This document shows positions 33,920-47,100 of a DNA stretch of 64,000 nucleotides, in pieces (the stretch's first letter is position 1; each line of letters starts with the position of its first letter). Below the pieces are notes generated by a model. That model had not been told where the DNA came from and made no database searches. It worked only from the letters and a program-made list of their open reading frames with translations. Source of the DNA: Azolla caroliniana (Eukaryota; Plantae; Polypodiophyta); the NCBI GenBank assembly GCA_043228905.1, contig JBHGNT010000017.1:8308001-8372000 (forward strand), in the 5' to 3' direction. Position numbers and translations under genes: made by a program.

Positions 33920-36900
33920 ATGACTAGACCAACGCACGACTTGGTTACAGACCGAGCTCGACGCCTCGCCGAACGGCAAAGACGGCGTGAGACTTTCCAG
34001 CAAGCAGCGCAGGAAATTCGCTCGGATCGTTCGTTCTCCAACGAGATCCGGAGAGTCGCGGAGGAATCTCTCCGGTTACGGCAAACTCGCGACCAGGACG
34101 ACGGAAGCAGTCTAAGTAGCCTCCGGGAAACCGAACGCCTCCTGGAGGCACTGGCAAGCGGAGAAAACGAGGCAGAAGCCTTTTCAGCCTACGAATCGGA
34201 TTCCGAAGGGGGATACAGCGTGCACACGAACTACCGGAGCAGCAACGATACCCCCGGCGGCCCGGAGGACGACGGGTCGGATACCGTGCCGACTCCAGAA
34301 CCGGAACCGCTCAACCAGGGCTATCCGGAACCGCAAACGGAAGCCGTCAACCCACCAACACCAACGAAAGAGCCGGCAAAGGTACCGGAAGAAGAGCCGG
34401 TGAAGGAACCGGAAAAAGAACCGGAAAACGCACCGGCAAAAGAACCGGAAGTGGAACCGGAGAAAGAACCGGAAAGATATCAACAAACGCCACTAAACCG
34501 CGGCCTAATACTGGACGACGACATGCCGTTCCAATACTCAAAGTATCGCGATGACCCGGACGCGGAAGCGCATGTTCATGACTTCGAGCAGACATGGGAA
34601 GAAAATCACACGTCCCAGCGAATGACACGGGAGGAAGAAGAACGCTCGAAGATAGCGGAATTCGGAGTCACGTTGGAGGGACCGGCGACACGATGGCGGC
34701 GGACGCAGGACCCGGCGACCATCACAACTTGGTGGGCCTGTTTTATACGATCCGGCAGGAGGCAGGGGAAAGCATTCCCCAATTCGTCATCCGTTTCCAA
34801 CGAATGCATAGCCAGCTGGCCCGTGCACCCCCGGAGGAGGAATTACGGACGATATTTTTAAACGCACTCCGGGAACCGTTACGCACGGTGTGTACGGTAA
34901 TCGACTTTCGAGGATGCACCATCGACCAGGTCATTGACCGGGTCAGAGAAATGGAAAAGACAAGCTCATGGCTTACGCTGGGAACACTGCAACGGGCGTT
35001 ACCCACCGAGGAAGATCTCCGGTTCCGGCAGGCAATTCAATGCACAATCTGCTTGAATGCCGGACACTCGGCAGTAGAGTGCACCATGTGCACTCAGTGT
35101 GTGATTTGTCAATCCAAGAGTCATACAACGGACCGGTGCGAGTACAACCTGTTAAATCGACAAGCACCACCCGTCCGACGGATCGAGCCAAGAAGCAGCC
35201 GAGACGAAGATGACGATCGTTGGCAAAGAATGAACCGGTACCCACCGGCACAGGATGTCCGGTACGGGGACAGGCAAGAGAATGATGGCCGGTACGGGAA
35301 TCGGCGTGATAACTACGACCGGTATGAGCGATCAGACCGTTATCGGGAGCCCAACAGACGACACGAGCAATACGACAGAGACCATTCCCCGGGTTACCGA
35401 AGGCACAAGGAGGACTACGGCCGATTTTACGATCTACCACGACCGGACTACCGAAATAAAAATAAGAATAATAAGAAACGTAATTTCAAGAAAGGTGGTC
35501 ACACTAGGGACCCGAAACAGGGAACCCCAAGGAGCCAACCGGCACAGAACGCACCACTCACTACGGAACCGACTCCGGCTACCAGCAATGCTGAATCCAG
35601 CAATACCCGTAAAGAGTACTGCTACTACTGCAGGCAGGAAGGCCACTACAGTAACCAGTGCCCGGTAAAGAGCTACGAGAAACGACCAACAGTTAATATG
35701 GTGGTTCCGGAAGTGGCGGATTTACAGCAAGTAACCACACGGTCGAAAGGCATGGCCAAAGAATGGGAAACACAAGAGGCCATACGAAAACAGGCGACGG
35801 AATGGGTGAAGGAAGCCAATGAAAGGAACGTCGCGGACGCGGAACGGCAAAAGGCGAATACCATAGGGAGTGCCGGCGGTAGCCACCCAGAAAACGAGAC
35901 ATGGCAAGCACTACAAGAATGTCAGATCACGTTACCATTAGGGAGACTCTTGCAGCTCGTGCCGCGATTCACAGAAGGACTAAAAACGGTCATGACAGAC
36001 GGTATAGCCCCACCGGCACCAGTCCTCTTCTCGAATCCAGAGGGGGGGACCGACGGTGGTGGACACTAGTAGTCCGGTGATTACAGCTATTGTCAAAGGG
36101 CACGAACTTCCCGGCACCGTAATCGACGGAGGTTCCGGGGTGAACGTAATAAGCCTCCGTACGTGTGATGCCTTGGGAATACATGAATGGGAGCCATGCC
36201 CGTTCTGGCTACGGATGGCGGATACGAGCTCGGTACGGCCGACGGGCTTAATACGGAAATTGGAAGTCACCATAGGAGGTCACACATTTCACATCTCGGC
36301 TGTCGTGCTGCAGCTACAGGCGCAAGGCGCGTACCCACTATTGCTGGGCAGACCATGGTTGAAAACAACACACATCAAGCAAAATTGGCGGAAAAATATG
36401 ATTACCTTCCGGCGCGGAAAAGCCAAGGTCCGGGTACCAACACAACCACGGACGAGCAACGGGAAGGAATGCACACCGCTGTATGCGGAATGTGTGAACA
36501 TGCTTGAAGGATTGGCAGACGACGAAGAAGCCCAGTACTTGGAGGAACACCCGAAGATCGTACCACTCTTCGAGATTGACGTAGCTGAAGTCGTAGCTCC
36601 ATACTTGCCGCAGCGGGACGACACCGAAGCCGAACCAGACAAAGATGCGATTCGGGAATTACGGCAAGCACAGGAAGCGTTGGAACGGGAAATGGCCGTT
36701 TCCCAACGGGTGAAAGCATCCCAGCTCGACGAAGTGAACCTAGGAAGCAAGGACGAATCAAAGCCGGTACACATCGCCAAAGAAATGAAGCCGGAAGATA
36801 AAGCGGCGATGATCAAACTTCTCACGGAGTTTCGAGACGTATTCGCCTGGTCATACGAAGACATGCGATGGCTGGACCCTCAATTATATCAGCATCAGAT

Positions 36901-39712
36901 CCACTTAGGCAAGGACGCGAAACCAGTGGCGCAACGACGTTACCGAATGAACCCCAACTACGCCGCCAAAGTGAAGGAGGAAATCGACAAACTCCTAAGA
37001 GTGGGCTTCATCCGGCCGGTAAAGAAAGCGACGTGGCTAAGCCCCATCGTCGTCGTCCCCAAGAAGAACGGTAAAATCCGTGTGTGCGTAGATTACAGGA
37101 AACTAAATGCAGCCACAATTACGGATGCATTCCCTCTTCCGTTCACGGATGGAGTACTGGATGCCGTCGCCGGCCATGAAGTTTATAGCTTTCTAGACGG
37201 GTTCAGTGGTTACAATCAAATCCGGATGCACCCGGACGACCAGGAGAAGACAGCGTTTGTCACCGAATGGGGGGTGTTTGTGGCCGAAGTCATGATGTTC
37301 GGCCTAAAAACGGCACCAGCAACTTTCCAGCGAATCATCATGGAGATCTTCGGCGAATACATTCCTGCCTTCATGCAAGTTTTCCTGGATGATTTTGCAG
37401 TCTATAGCCGGGGAAAAGACCACTTGCAGCACCTACGGTTATGCCTTGAAAAGTGTAGGTTATACCGGCTAAGCTTAAACCCAGCAAAATGCATCTTTGG
37501 GGTTTCAAGTGGAATATTGCTGGGACACATTGTAATTGTAAGTAAGGAGGGCATTGCGGTCGACCCGGATAAAGTAAACGCCATACTAGGGGCACCGGCG
37601 CCGAAAACAGCCAAAGCACTAAGCCGATTCTTAGGACAGATCCGGTGGCACAGCCGGATGCTCCGTCACTTGACTGACTTGGCTACACCATTACACACCG
37701 CGGTACATCGGACACCGTTCCAATGGACGGATACGGAGGATAAGGCATACAATGCCCTGAAGGTACTTTTATCGCAAGCACCCGTCGTGCAGCCTCCGGA
37801 TTGGAGCAAGGAATTTCATGTGTTCGTAGACGCTTCCGACATCGCTATTGGCAGCGCCTTAATGCAACTTACGGAGCCTAAATGGTACCGGCCGGTATAT
37901 TACGCCAGCCGGAAGCTGTCCCAAGCGGAAAAGAACTATTCAACGACAGAACGGGAGGCCCTGGGCATGATCTACAATGTAACAAAGTTTCGTCATTACC
38001 TATTGGGAAGGAAGTTCTCCTTCCATGTGGATCACTCGGCGCTCCTGTACTTAGTATCCAAGGCGTCCTTGACCGGTAAGTTGGCCCGTTGGACCTTGCT
38101 GTTGTAGGAGTTCGAATTCGAGATCTTCCACCGCCCCGGTATCCAGCATGCCGTAGCAGACTACCTGAGCCGGTTAGAGTCCGGAGAAGCAGGCGACGGA
38201 GTAGCGGATGAATTCCCGGATGCAGAGTTATTCCGTATCACCCCGGAAACGGCAGCAGACGACACGGTGGCATCAGAAGATAGGTGGCTGACGAACATGC
38301 ACCAGTTCCTAAGCATGGGCCTGCCACCGGAGGAAATGAACCGGGACGAGAGGAAACGACTGGCGGTGCAGAGCCGCAATTTTTGTCTGTTACGGGACAC
38401 TCTCTACCACAAAGGAGCAGATGGAATATGGAGACGGGCTGTCCGTAGTGACGAGAAAGAAGTAACCTTACGGGAAGCACATTGTGGGGTTGCCGGAGGA
38501 CACTATGCCAGGGAAGCGACGGCGAGGAAAGTATGGCAGAGCGGCTTATGGTGGCCCACGACGTTAAAAGACGCCGTCAAGTATGCTAAGGAATGTGACC
38601 TATGCCAACGAATGGGCCAGCCTATGGAGCAAGCACGGATGCCACACCAACCGGTACTTCCACTAGAGCCATTCCAGAAGTGGGGGTTGGATTTTGTCGG
38701 ACCGTTCAAGCCACCGGCAATGAGAACGGGTAATCGTTATGTCATCGTGGCAACGGATTATTGCACTAAATGGGTGGAAGCTAAGGCCCTGAGAGACAAC
38801 ACCGCGTCATCCACAGCAAAATTCCTGTACGAAAACATTTGGTGCCGATATGGATGTCCGATTGAATTAATCAGCGACCAAGGAGGCCACTTCCTCGGCC
38901 AGGTAGTGGAAAGCTTAACAACGTTCTATGCCGTGGTCCATAAACGAAGCACACCGTACTACCCACAGGCGAACGGGTTAGCAGAGTCCACCAACAAAAC
39001 GCTGCAGAACATTCTCCGCAAAATCGTCAACGAAAACCGGACGGACTGGGATACAAAGCTCCATAGCGTGCTATGGGCGTACAGAACGGCATACAAAACA
39101 AGTATCCGGACAACGCCGTTCCGGTTAGCATTCGGCTTAGAAGCGGTCATGCCGGTGGAATTTCAGGTACCAAGCTTACGGATCCAACTACGGGAACGGC
39201 TGAATGAAAAGAAGTCGGAGGAAATGCGGCTAGCAGCACTATGCGAACTGGAGGAGCAACGGCTGGCCAGCATCCTACACATGGAACTGGAGCAAAGACG
39301 ACGGAAAGCGTTCGTTGACCGTCACCGGAAAGGTAATGAGAAGATGTTCGAAATCGGAAAGCCGGTGCTAGTATTCCAAACGAGGATGGGCAAGATGCCG
39401 GGTAAACTCCGGTTCAGATGGACAGGCCCGTATTGGCTGACACGGGAATACAACGGGTCCTATCAGATAGGGACACTTGCCGGTGAAGTACTAGGCAAGT
39501 GGGTGAACGGATTTCGACTAAAGCCCTATAAAGGACCGATGCCAAAGAACCCGTTTATGCAGCAAACCGGCACTATACCGGGAACCTGCCTGGGATCGGT
39601 ACGGATCGATCTGGAAGAAAAAGACGACGGGGAACCCGTAGCAGAGGCAAAGGAAGACACAGCAAACCGTAAGGAAAACGGTAAGGGTCCGAAGGGACCT
39701 ACGGATGTGTAA
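33920..39712 (+). pseudogene. gag-pol: F gag-pol: gag with three Zn knuckles, PR (VIDGGS), RT (FLDD), RNase H, INT (HHCC, DDE, GPY)
   Basis: ORFs 33920-34861, 34594-36069, 36056-38107, 38267-39712; frame changes at ~34730 and ~36045; in-frame TAG at 38105. Confidence 0.93.
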
Positions 39713-39774
39713 GATCACATACCGTCAAAAAAAAAAAAAAAAAGAAATCATTAAAAATCGAGGTATGAACGGAC

Positions 39775-42774
39775 GTGAAACCAAGGAGCGAAAAGGTACG
39801 AAGTGGGCATTTAAGAGACGCCACGCTACTTAATACTAAATTGGTACACGACGTGTGCATGCTCGAAAAAGGCGCCAAAACGCACAAAGAAGAAGCAGAA
39901 CGCATGGAGACCTTTTCATTTCGCGAGCCAAGAAGCACAGAAGCACCAAGACAGTGGAAGCTGAGCAAACGCGAACCTGCACGCAGAGAACCCCCACGTT
40001 CAGAACGCTCTCTCTCTCGTCCTCACTCTCATCACCACTCTACCTCGCCCTCTTTCCTCGACCTCAAAGCAGACATGGAACCACAAACGCTGTCAGAAGC
40101 GGCCAGGAAATGGTTCAGGCAACACGGACTGGAGGGCTTCTTGGCCATCATGGAAGCACCACCGCACAGAGAAGCCGACCAGGTCATCAAGGAGCTCGAC
40201 AAGGAAGTCATCACCGAGGAAGCGATCCGTGCGCTAACAGGCCTTCCGGAGGGAGGAATTTTTCAGATTGATAATCCAACCTCGGAGCAACTCACCCGAT
40301 ATTTCGGTGAGTACTCTGTTGCCGGCAAAGGCTATCGAACACAGGGCGGCGAAGATCCGCTGTTCAGGGAGATAGCTCGAGTGCTCCATGAGTACGGCCA
40401 CGTGTACCCCCGACCCCCTGTCATGCCAAAAAATCGGGCAGGGATGATCATAGCCACCTATGAAGGGACCAAGGTGGATTGGCCGGTGTTGATTGCAGAC
40501 GGTTTGTGCGTGGCAATCGACATGGTACGAGGAAAGGACGGCAAGGAGGGCCGGAAGCTGTGGCATGCCGTAGCTCAGTGGGTAACATTGCTCGTGCCGC
40601 CGGTCGAGACCGTTCAGCCAAAGAAGCGGCCAAGAGTATCGGAAGGAAGCACCTCGAAGCCGGCGTCCAAACGACAGCAGCTGCTGGCGTCGAAGGCGAC
40701 GAAAGGGAAGAAACGGGTCCCAGAACCGGAGGAGGTGTCACCGGTCCGACCCGTCAAGATAACCATACGGAGACCGGGACAGAAGGAACCGGAACCCTTG
40801 ACGGCACAGAAACATGTCGTGACACAGGAAGAGGAAACGGAGGAGCCAGAAGAGCACCTCCAACGACGGTCAAGAAGTAGGACCGCCGAGACAGGAGGGG
40901 AGCGGTCGTACCCGCGAGAGGCAGAAACGCCCCCAACTCAACCTGAGCAAACCACAAGGGAGGAACCGGAACCGGTGCGTAGGGAACCGGTCTTGTCGAC
41001 TTCTGTAGAAGAAGTCAGTCCAACGGCTCCGGAGACGGCGAGAACCGGAACTCAACAGCCGGCGAGCCCAGCCAGCACACACGGCGGCCAAGGAGTAGAA
41101 CCAGAACGGCATATGCAGGCACTCAGGCCAGACAATTCCACAGGGAATGAGCCGACCCGACCAGTACAACAACAAGGCACTAGTAGCATGTGGCTACGGT
41201 GGGTAGGCGAGCAAATCGCCGGAGTGGTCGAATATATAGAGGCGGAAGAGAGAGCGCACCAGGAACGGTTGCTCGTCACAACCGTAGATCTAGAGACGGC
41301 CCGGTCCAGAATCCGGAGCCTTGAACAAGACTTGGACAGGGTCACAAGGGAAATGGCTCAAATCGCTTTGACAACACAAGTCCAAGCACCGGTGACTCCG
41401 GGCAATGTACAGAATAAAGCGACAGATCAACCTGTACATAGCAATGAGACCCCGGCAACGGAAACCGTTCCAGAGAGAAATGCGGCACAAGCCCAAGAGC
41501 TTGCGGATTTAAAGGATGAGCTAGCTGCCCAAGAAGCGCTGAGGAGCCGTGAAAGAGAATTGAAGACGGCAGCAGAGGCAGAACTCAAAAAGACTGCGGA
41601 GAATCTACGCCGGGCCGAGGAGAGCTTACGGAAAGGCCACCAAGCGTACGACCGGCTGAAGGAGGAGAAGGAGAAAATGCTGCAAGAGAAGGAGAGGCTC
41701 CGGAGGAACGCCGAAACAGAAGTAGAGCGCCTGAAAGAGGAACTCCGGCAGGTAAAGGACCGGGAGGACCGGAACCATCGCCAGATCAACGGCAAGCTCA
41801 AACAAAAAACGGAGGAATTTGAGCAATTGCACCGGGAGTATAAACGGTTGCAAACGGAGCACAAGGAACGGACGGATGAGCTCCGGCAAGCAGTTGATCG
41901 GACCGCAACCGCATTCGCCAAGGAACAAGCGGAAAACAGAAGACGGTTGGAAGAGGCGGAGAAGGTTCGGACAGAGCTCCTCAGGCAACAGCAGGCGGAA
42001 AAAGAAAGAGCGGCGGAGGTACTGCAGAGGCTGCAAACGACATATCAAGGGCAGCTGACGCGCTACAGAGAGCAGGCGGAGGATACGGCAAATCTCATCA
42101 AGCAGTTGAAGGAGGAGCGACAAGTGGTGGAAAGCAGAGCACAAATGGGAGCAAGTCGCATCCAGGATATCATGCGGGCCTGGTTGAACCAGACCAAGAG
42201 CTTGATTGACAACGGGTCCGTCAAATGGTGGACTAAGTGGGCCACGAACGCGGCGGAACTCCAATTGCTCCGGGCCGACGTAGAGAACCGGCGGAAGGAG
42301 GGAGATGATTGCTATATGCTGAATTCTGAAGATTTCACCGGCATAAGAGATGAGCTGGCCGAAGACTTTCAAGCCTTGGCAGAGGACCAACTAGAGCAAG
42401 TCCGGCAACTTGTAGCTCAGCTGGACGATGACAGGCTGGAAGCGCAGATCCAGTTTGAAAGCTATGAGAGGTCCCGGATCCGGGGAGAGAAAGAACGAGA
42501 ACCAGTTACGGTCAACCTCAGTGATGAGGAACCGTTACTGGAAGGAGACCGGACCGGAAGCAGTCAAACGGAGATGCCGGAGCCAGAGAGACAAACGGAG
42601 CAGCCGGAGTCAGCGAAACAAACGGAGCAGCAGTAGCAAGCAGAGCAGCCGGAGCAGCCTCAGTCCCAACCGCAACCACAGCAGCAGCAGCAAGCACAGC
42701 CGCAGCAACCACAACCGGAAGAACAAGTGGAAATTCTTGAACAAAGTATTTTGGACAATTTGGGTGAACAATGA
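39775..42774 (+). CDS. Extra 3' ORF of F (probable ATG at 40075; long coiled coil; one TAG at 42634 before a Q/P tail ending at 42774)
   Basis: 953-codon open frame between INT and the 3' LTR, with an E/K/R/Q-rich helical C-terminal half. Confidence 0.8.
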
Positions 42775-44131
42775 AGGGGCCGAGAAGGGTTCGACGTACA
42801 AGGTACTGTCCCACGGGCGTGCCATGTGTTACCGGCCGGCAAGGAGTCCAAAATACGGAGTGAAGGAATTAATTAGATATGGTTGTAAATGAGCATAGTG
42901 TGGACGGACGGACTGGAAACGGTATGCCGTTCCAGATCCGGACGGATCCCGAATAGGTGCGAGAGGCACCGTTTTGTACTACGGGCCGGAAACCTATTTA
43001 AAGGCCCGGACCCCATTGTAATCGCAACGGATAATTAATAGAGCTTATGATGTTTATACTTCTGTCTTGATTTCCGTTCTGTAATTACTGTTATATCTTA
43101 CGCGTGTAATTAACCAAAGCATTCTAATCGTGTAACCTACGTAAGTTGGTGTAATCGTTGAATCTTAATCCTATGCCGTAATCACCCTTTGGTGAAGTGT
43201 CTCCGTGACACCTTGTGTTAGGCCTTGTCCGGCTAAGCGAATAACAGTACCCTAACATTTTCCCGAGTGTTTGTGCATCCTCGTCCGGGGATGCACCTTC
43301 CTTCAGCCCAGTGACACGCACATTTAGGCGTCGGGCCTGACGCACTTTCTCCTCTTCGAGGGTGGTATTAACAATATTTTCATCCTTTATTTCTTTTTTA
43401 ATGTTTCTTTTAACCACATCTACCCAACCCGTTTTTGCTAACTCTCTGTTATTTTTAACCTCCTCTTTAACTTTTTTGATCTCATCTTTTATATCCTCTA
43501 TGGAGGATATTTCACCGTCCTCTCGGGATACGTTGATGTCATTAAGTTGTTGTTTGAGGTTTGTGTTTTCCTCTTTAAGTTTTTCTATTTCAGCCTTGAG
43601 GGTGTCTTTTTCCTCTCTATCTTTTTTCTTGTGGGTTTCGGCGTCTTTCACCCATTTCTTCATATCCATCTCTTGTGTATACTTGTCCAAAAAGTCCTCC
43701 TTACTTATAGCCTCGTCTTGTGTATACTTGTGTTCCTTTCGTTTAGACATTGTACTATCAATAAGAAAAGAAAAGAAAAGGATAAAATAAATGGGTTCGA
43801 GACAGAGAGAGAGTGAGAGAGAGGAAGAGGTCGTTGCCTTTGTTGTAACCGCCGCCTGTGGCGAAGATAGAAAGCTCGAGATCGTTGCTTCGGTGCTTTA
43901 CCATTTTGTACATTCTGACATAGTGATAGTTTGCAGTCTATGGGCTGCCGTGGTTTTTCCCGTATTTGGGTTTTCCACGTAAACATTCTGTGTACTCTTC
44001 TCTTCACTGTGTCGTGTCTTCATTCCCCATTTTTCTGTGTTTTATGATTCTAAGCTCGGTTGTGGCCGAGCGTTGTTCATCAGGAGCGTGTGTTCCTGTC
44101 AAAGTGGTATCAGAGCGAAACGACACAGAAG

Positions 44132-47100
44132 ATGGACGAATCGTTGGGCAGCATGTTCAAGCTCACCGGCTCGAACTATTTAGTGTGGAAGTCAAAGATG
44201 AGGGACATGCTCGTGGTTAAAGATCTTTGGTTGCCAGTTCAGTTCGGGGACAAGAGATCGGACAAAATCAACGCCACGATATGGGAGGTGATGCACATGA
44301 AGACAACGACGTACATACGGTGCTTCATTGACATCAGCATATACAACAACTTCAATGAAGAGAGCAAGGCTCATGAGCTCTGGGAGAAGATCAACATTAT
44401 GTTTCAGAACAAAAATGTTGTTAACCAGGTTTCGGTACTCCGAAAGCTAGTAAGACTCCGGTACCAAGATGGCTCCAGCATGGCGGAGCACATGAATGCC
44501 TACCAGGGGTTGATACACAAGGCAACATCATTGGAAGTACCTCTTGCCAACGAGCTACTAGCGCTACTCTTGCTCGGTTCCCTCACGGATAGCTGCGAGA
44601 CGTTGGTTGTCACTTTGGGCAACGCTGGGCCGGAAGGGAAACGGTTATCCATAGCAAGAGTAAAGTCGAGCTTGCTAGATGAGAAGGCGCGTTAGAAAGA
44701 TATGGATACGAGCTCCGACTCCAAAGCGCTCCTTACCAAATCGGAACGCGGAAGACAAAGGAACCGTAGCCCCTAGAACCAGGAATAGTCGGGGACACGG
44801 TCAAAGTTAAGGGGGAGGCCTACTTGCTTCTATTGCGGCAAGCCGGGACACTTCTGGAAGAATTGTCGGCATTTACGAAAAGACAAGGAAACCGACGGCA
44901 CTGATTCGAAGCGGACACCAGACTGGAACGATAAAGAACAAAGGGGGCCGGACAGGAAGGGAACGAAGGCAATCGTGGCAAGTGAAGAGGAGTTGATGCT
45001 CATCTCCGAGGAGAGTGAGATAAACCTTGCCGGCGACGAGATGACCTAGGTGGTCGACTCCAGAATGTCGTTCCACGTTACCCCGGACCGGAAGTGCTTC
45101 TCATCCTACTAAGCCGGTGATCACAGCTGTATCCAGATGGGGAACGAAGGTACATGCCGAATTGCCGGCATAGGAGACGTGTGGTTGACAACACCAACCG
45201 GATGCAAGTTGTTGTTGAAGGATGTCCGACACGTTCCGGAGGTTCGTTTGAACCTGATATCAGTCGGTCGACTAGATGATGAAGGCTACACGGGTAGCAT
45301 CTGGAATGGTGTTATGAAGTTCAGCAAAGGGAGCCTGATTGTGGCTCGGGCCCGGAAGGTAAACACACTTTACCTGATGAATGCCCAGTTATGTTCGGAG
45401 GAAGTGAACGTGGCATCCGACACTGCCGGTGAGCTGTGGCACAAGAGGCTGTGTCACATGAGCGAGAAGGGGATGAAGAGGCTTACAGACGACAACTTCA
45501 TTCCAGTGAAGAACGTGCACTTGGAGAAGTGCACTGATTGTCTGGCCGGAAAACAAAACCCGACCTCCTTCTGATCAAGGCCACCGGTGAGACGTAATGC
45601 ACCGCTGGAGTTGGTGCATATTGATGTATGTCAAGTGGACACGAAGTCACATGCAGGATCGCACTACTTCATGACGTTCATAGATGAACACAGCCGGAAG
45701 CTGTGGGCCACACCGTTGAAGACGAAGGATCAGGTGTTATTCGTCTTCAAAGAGCTCCAAGCGAGAGTGGAAAGAGAAACCAACCGGAAGCTGAAGGCGG
45801 TTCGAGCAGATAACGGAGGTGAATACCGGGGGCAGTTCGAGGAGTACTTTCGCTCGAAGGGAATTCGGCTCAAATTTACCATGCCGAAGACGCCGGAACT
45901 AAACGGGTTGGCCAAGAGGATGAACCAGACCATAATGGAGAGGGTTCGGAGTATGCTGGCGCATGCAAAACTACCCAAGAAGTTTTGGGCTGAGGCACTA
46001 TCGACGACAACATATGTGATAAACAGATCTCCCTCAGTACCCTTGGACGAAGACACGCCGCAGAAAGTATGGATCGGTAAAGAAGTGTTTTACCGGCATT
46101 TGAAGGTGTTCGGGTGTCTCGTGTATGTGCATGTTGCTAAGGATCGGAGAGGAAAGTTAGATCCAAAGACCCGGCCATCCATATTCCTCGGTTACGGCGA
46201 TGATGAGTTCAGCTACCGAGTGTGGGACCTGGTCAACAAGAAGGTATTCCGGAGTCGAGATATTATCTTCATGAAGGACAAGACGCTCGCCGACTGGGAG
46301 TCGGAGAAGAAGATAATGAACTCCGAGTCGACCGGTAAGGATCGATTCTACGATGAGCAGACCCAACCGACAAGAGACCGGTTAGCACTCAAGTAACCAG
46401 CGGATTACGGTGAGGATACCGAACCGGTAGAAGAAGAAGTAGAGGAAGCTGAAACCGGAACCGGCCAAGACCCCGAATCGGATTCGGATGAAAAGCAAAT
46501 GGAGGAGCCGGTTACCGAAGCCTAGAGACGGAGATATCCTCTTCGAGAGAGAAGGGCCCCCCGGAGATTTCCGGATGTAGAGCATGTGCTACTAACCGAT
46601 GAGGGGGAGCCAGAAAGCTTCGAAGAAGCGAAGGATGACACCCACAACCGAAAATGGTTAAGTGCCATGCATGATGAGATGGATTCCCTGCATGAGAATC
46701 ATACGTACGAATTGGTGGAGTTGCCGAAAGGAAAGCGGGTACTCCGAAATAAGTGGGTGTACAAGTTGAAACCGGGAGATGCCGGCAACCCCTCGAGATA
46801 CAAAGCCAGGATCGTGGTGAAGGGGTTCCAGTAGAAGAAGGGCGTGGACTTCGACGAGATATTTGCCCCAGTAGTAAAGATGACCTCCATCCGGACGGTG
46901 TTGAGTATAGCAGCAAGCATGAACCTCGAGGTAGTGCAGCTGGATGTGAAGACGACATTCCTTCACGGTGACCCTGAAGAGGAGATCTACATGCAACAAT
47001 CGGAAGGATTCGTTGAGAAAGGGAAGGAGCACTTGGTTTGCTGGTTGAAGAAGAGCCTCTACGGGTTGAAGCAGGCCCCCCGGCAATGGTACCGGAAGTT

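Larger units (their letters stand above)
33449..43246 (+). mobile_element. Young full-length Ty3/gypsy F (non-chromovirus, Athila/Phygy-like), TSD GTACC
   Basis: 420-bp LTRs 33449-33868 and 42827-43246 (I see 2 differences); GTACC at 33444-33448 and 43247-43251; gag-PR-RT-RH-INT plus extra ORF. Confidence 0.95.
33153..43750 (-). pseudogene. LINE ORF1 (coiled coil plus RRM/CTD-like), split by F into 43750-43247 and 33448-33153
   Basis: Removing F rejoins ...RRLNVRVTGL...GKMLGY|TMTLP...IYLDEDLT. Confidence 0.8.
29234..43801 (-). mobile_element. Non-LTR retrotransposon (LINE, RTE-X-like), near full length, interrupted by gypsy F
   Basis: ORF1 plus APE-RT ORF2; 3' (CTTT)n tail at ~29234-29257; possible TSD ACAGA (29229-29233 / 43802-43806). 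Confidence 0.85.

Noticed and set aside
39727-39743. A17 as the tail of a retroposed insert
   Set aside because: No flanking TSD or SINE/LINE body identified.
39775-42636. Extra ORF as a true envelope gene or a captured host myosin/SMC gene
   Set aside because: No evident signal peptide, transmembrane helix or motor/ATPase motifs; coiled-coil similarity is non-specific.
43124-43750. Stand-alone 208-aa host gene
   Set aside because: It is the N-terminal part of LINE ORF1 reading into the F LTR.
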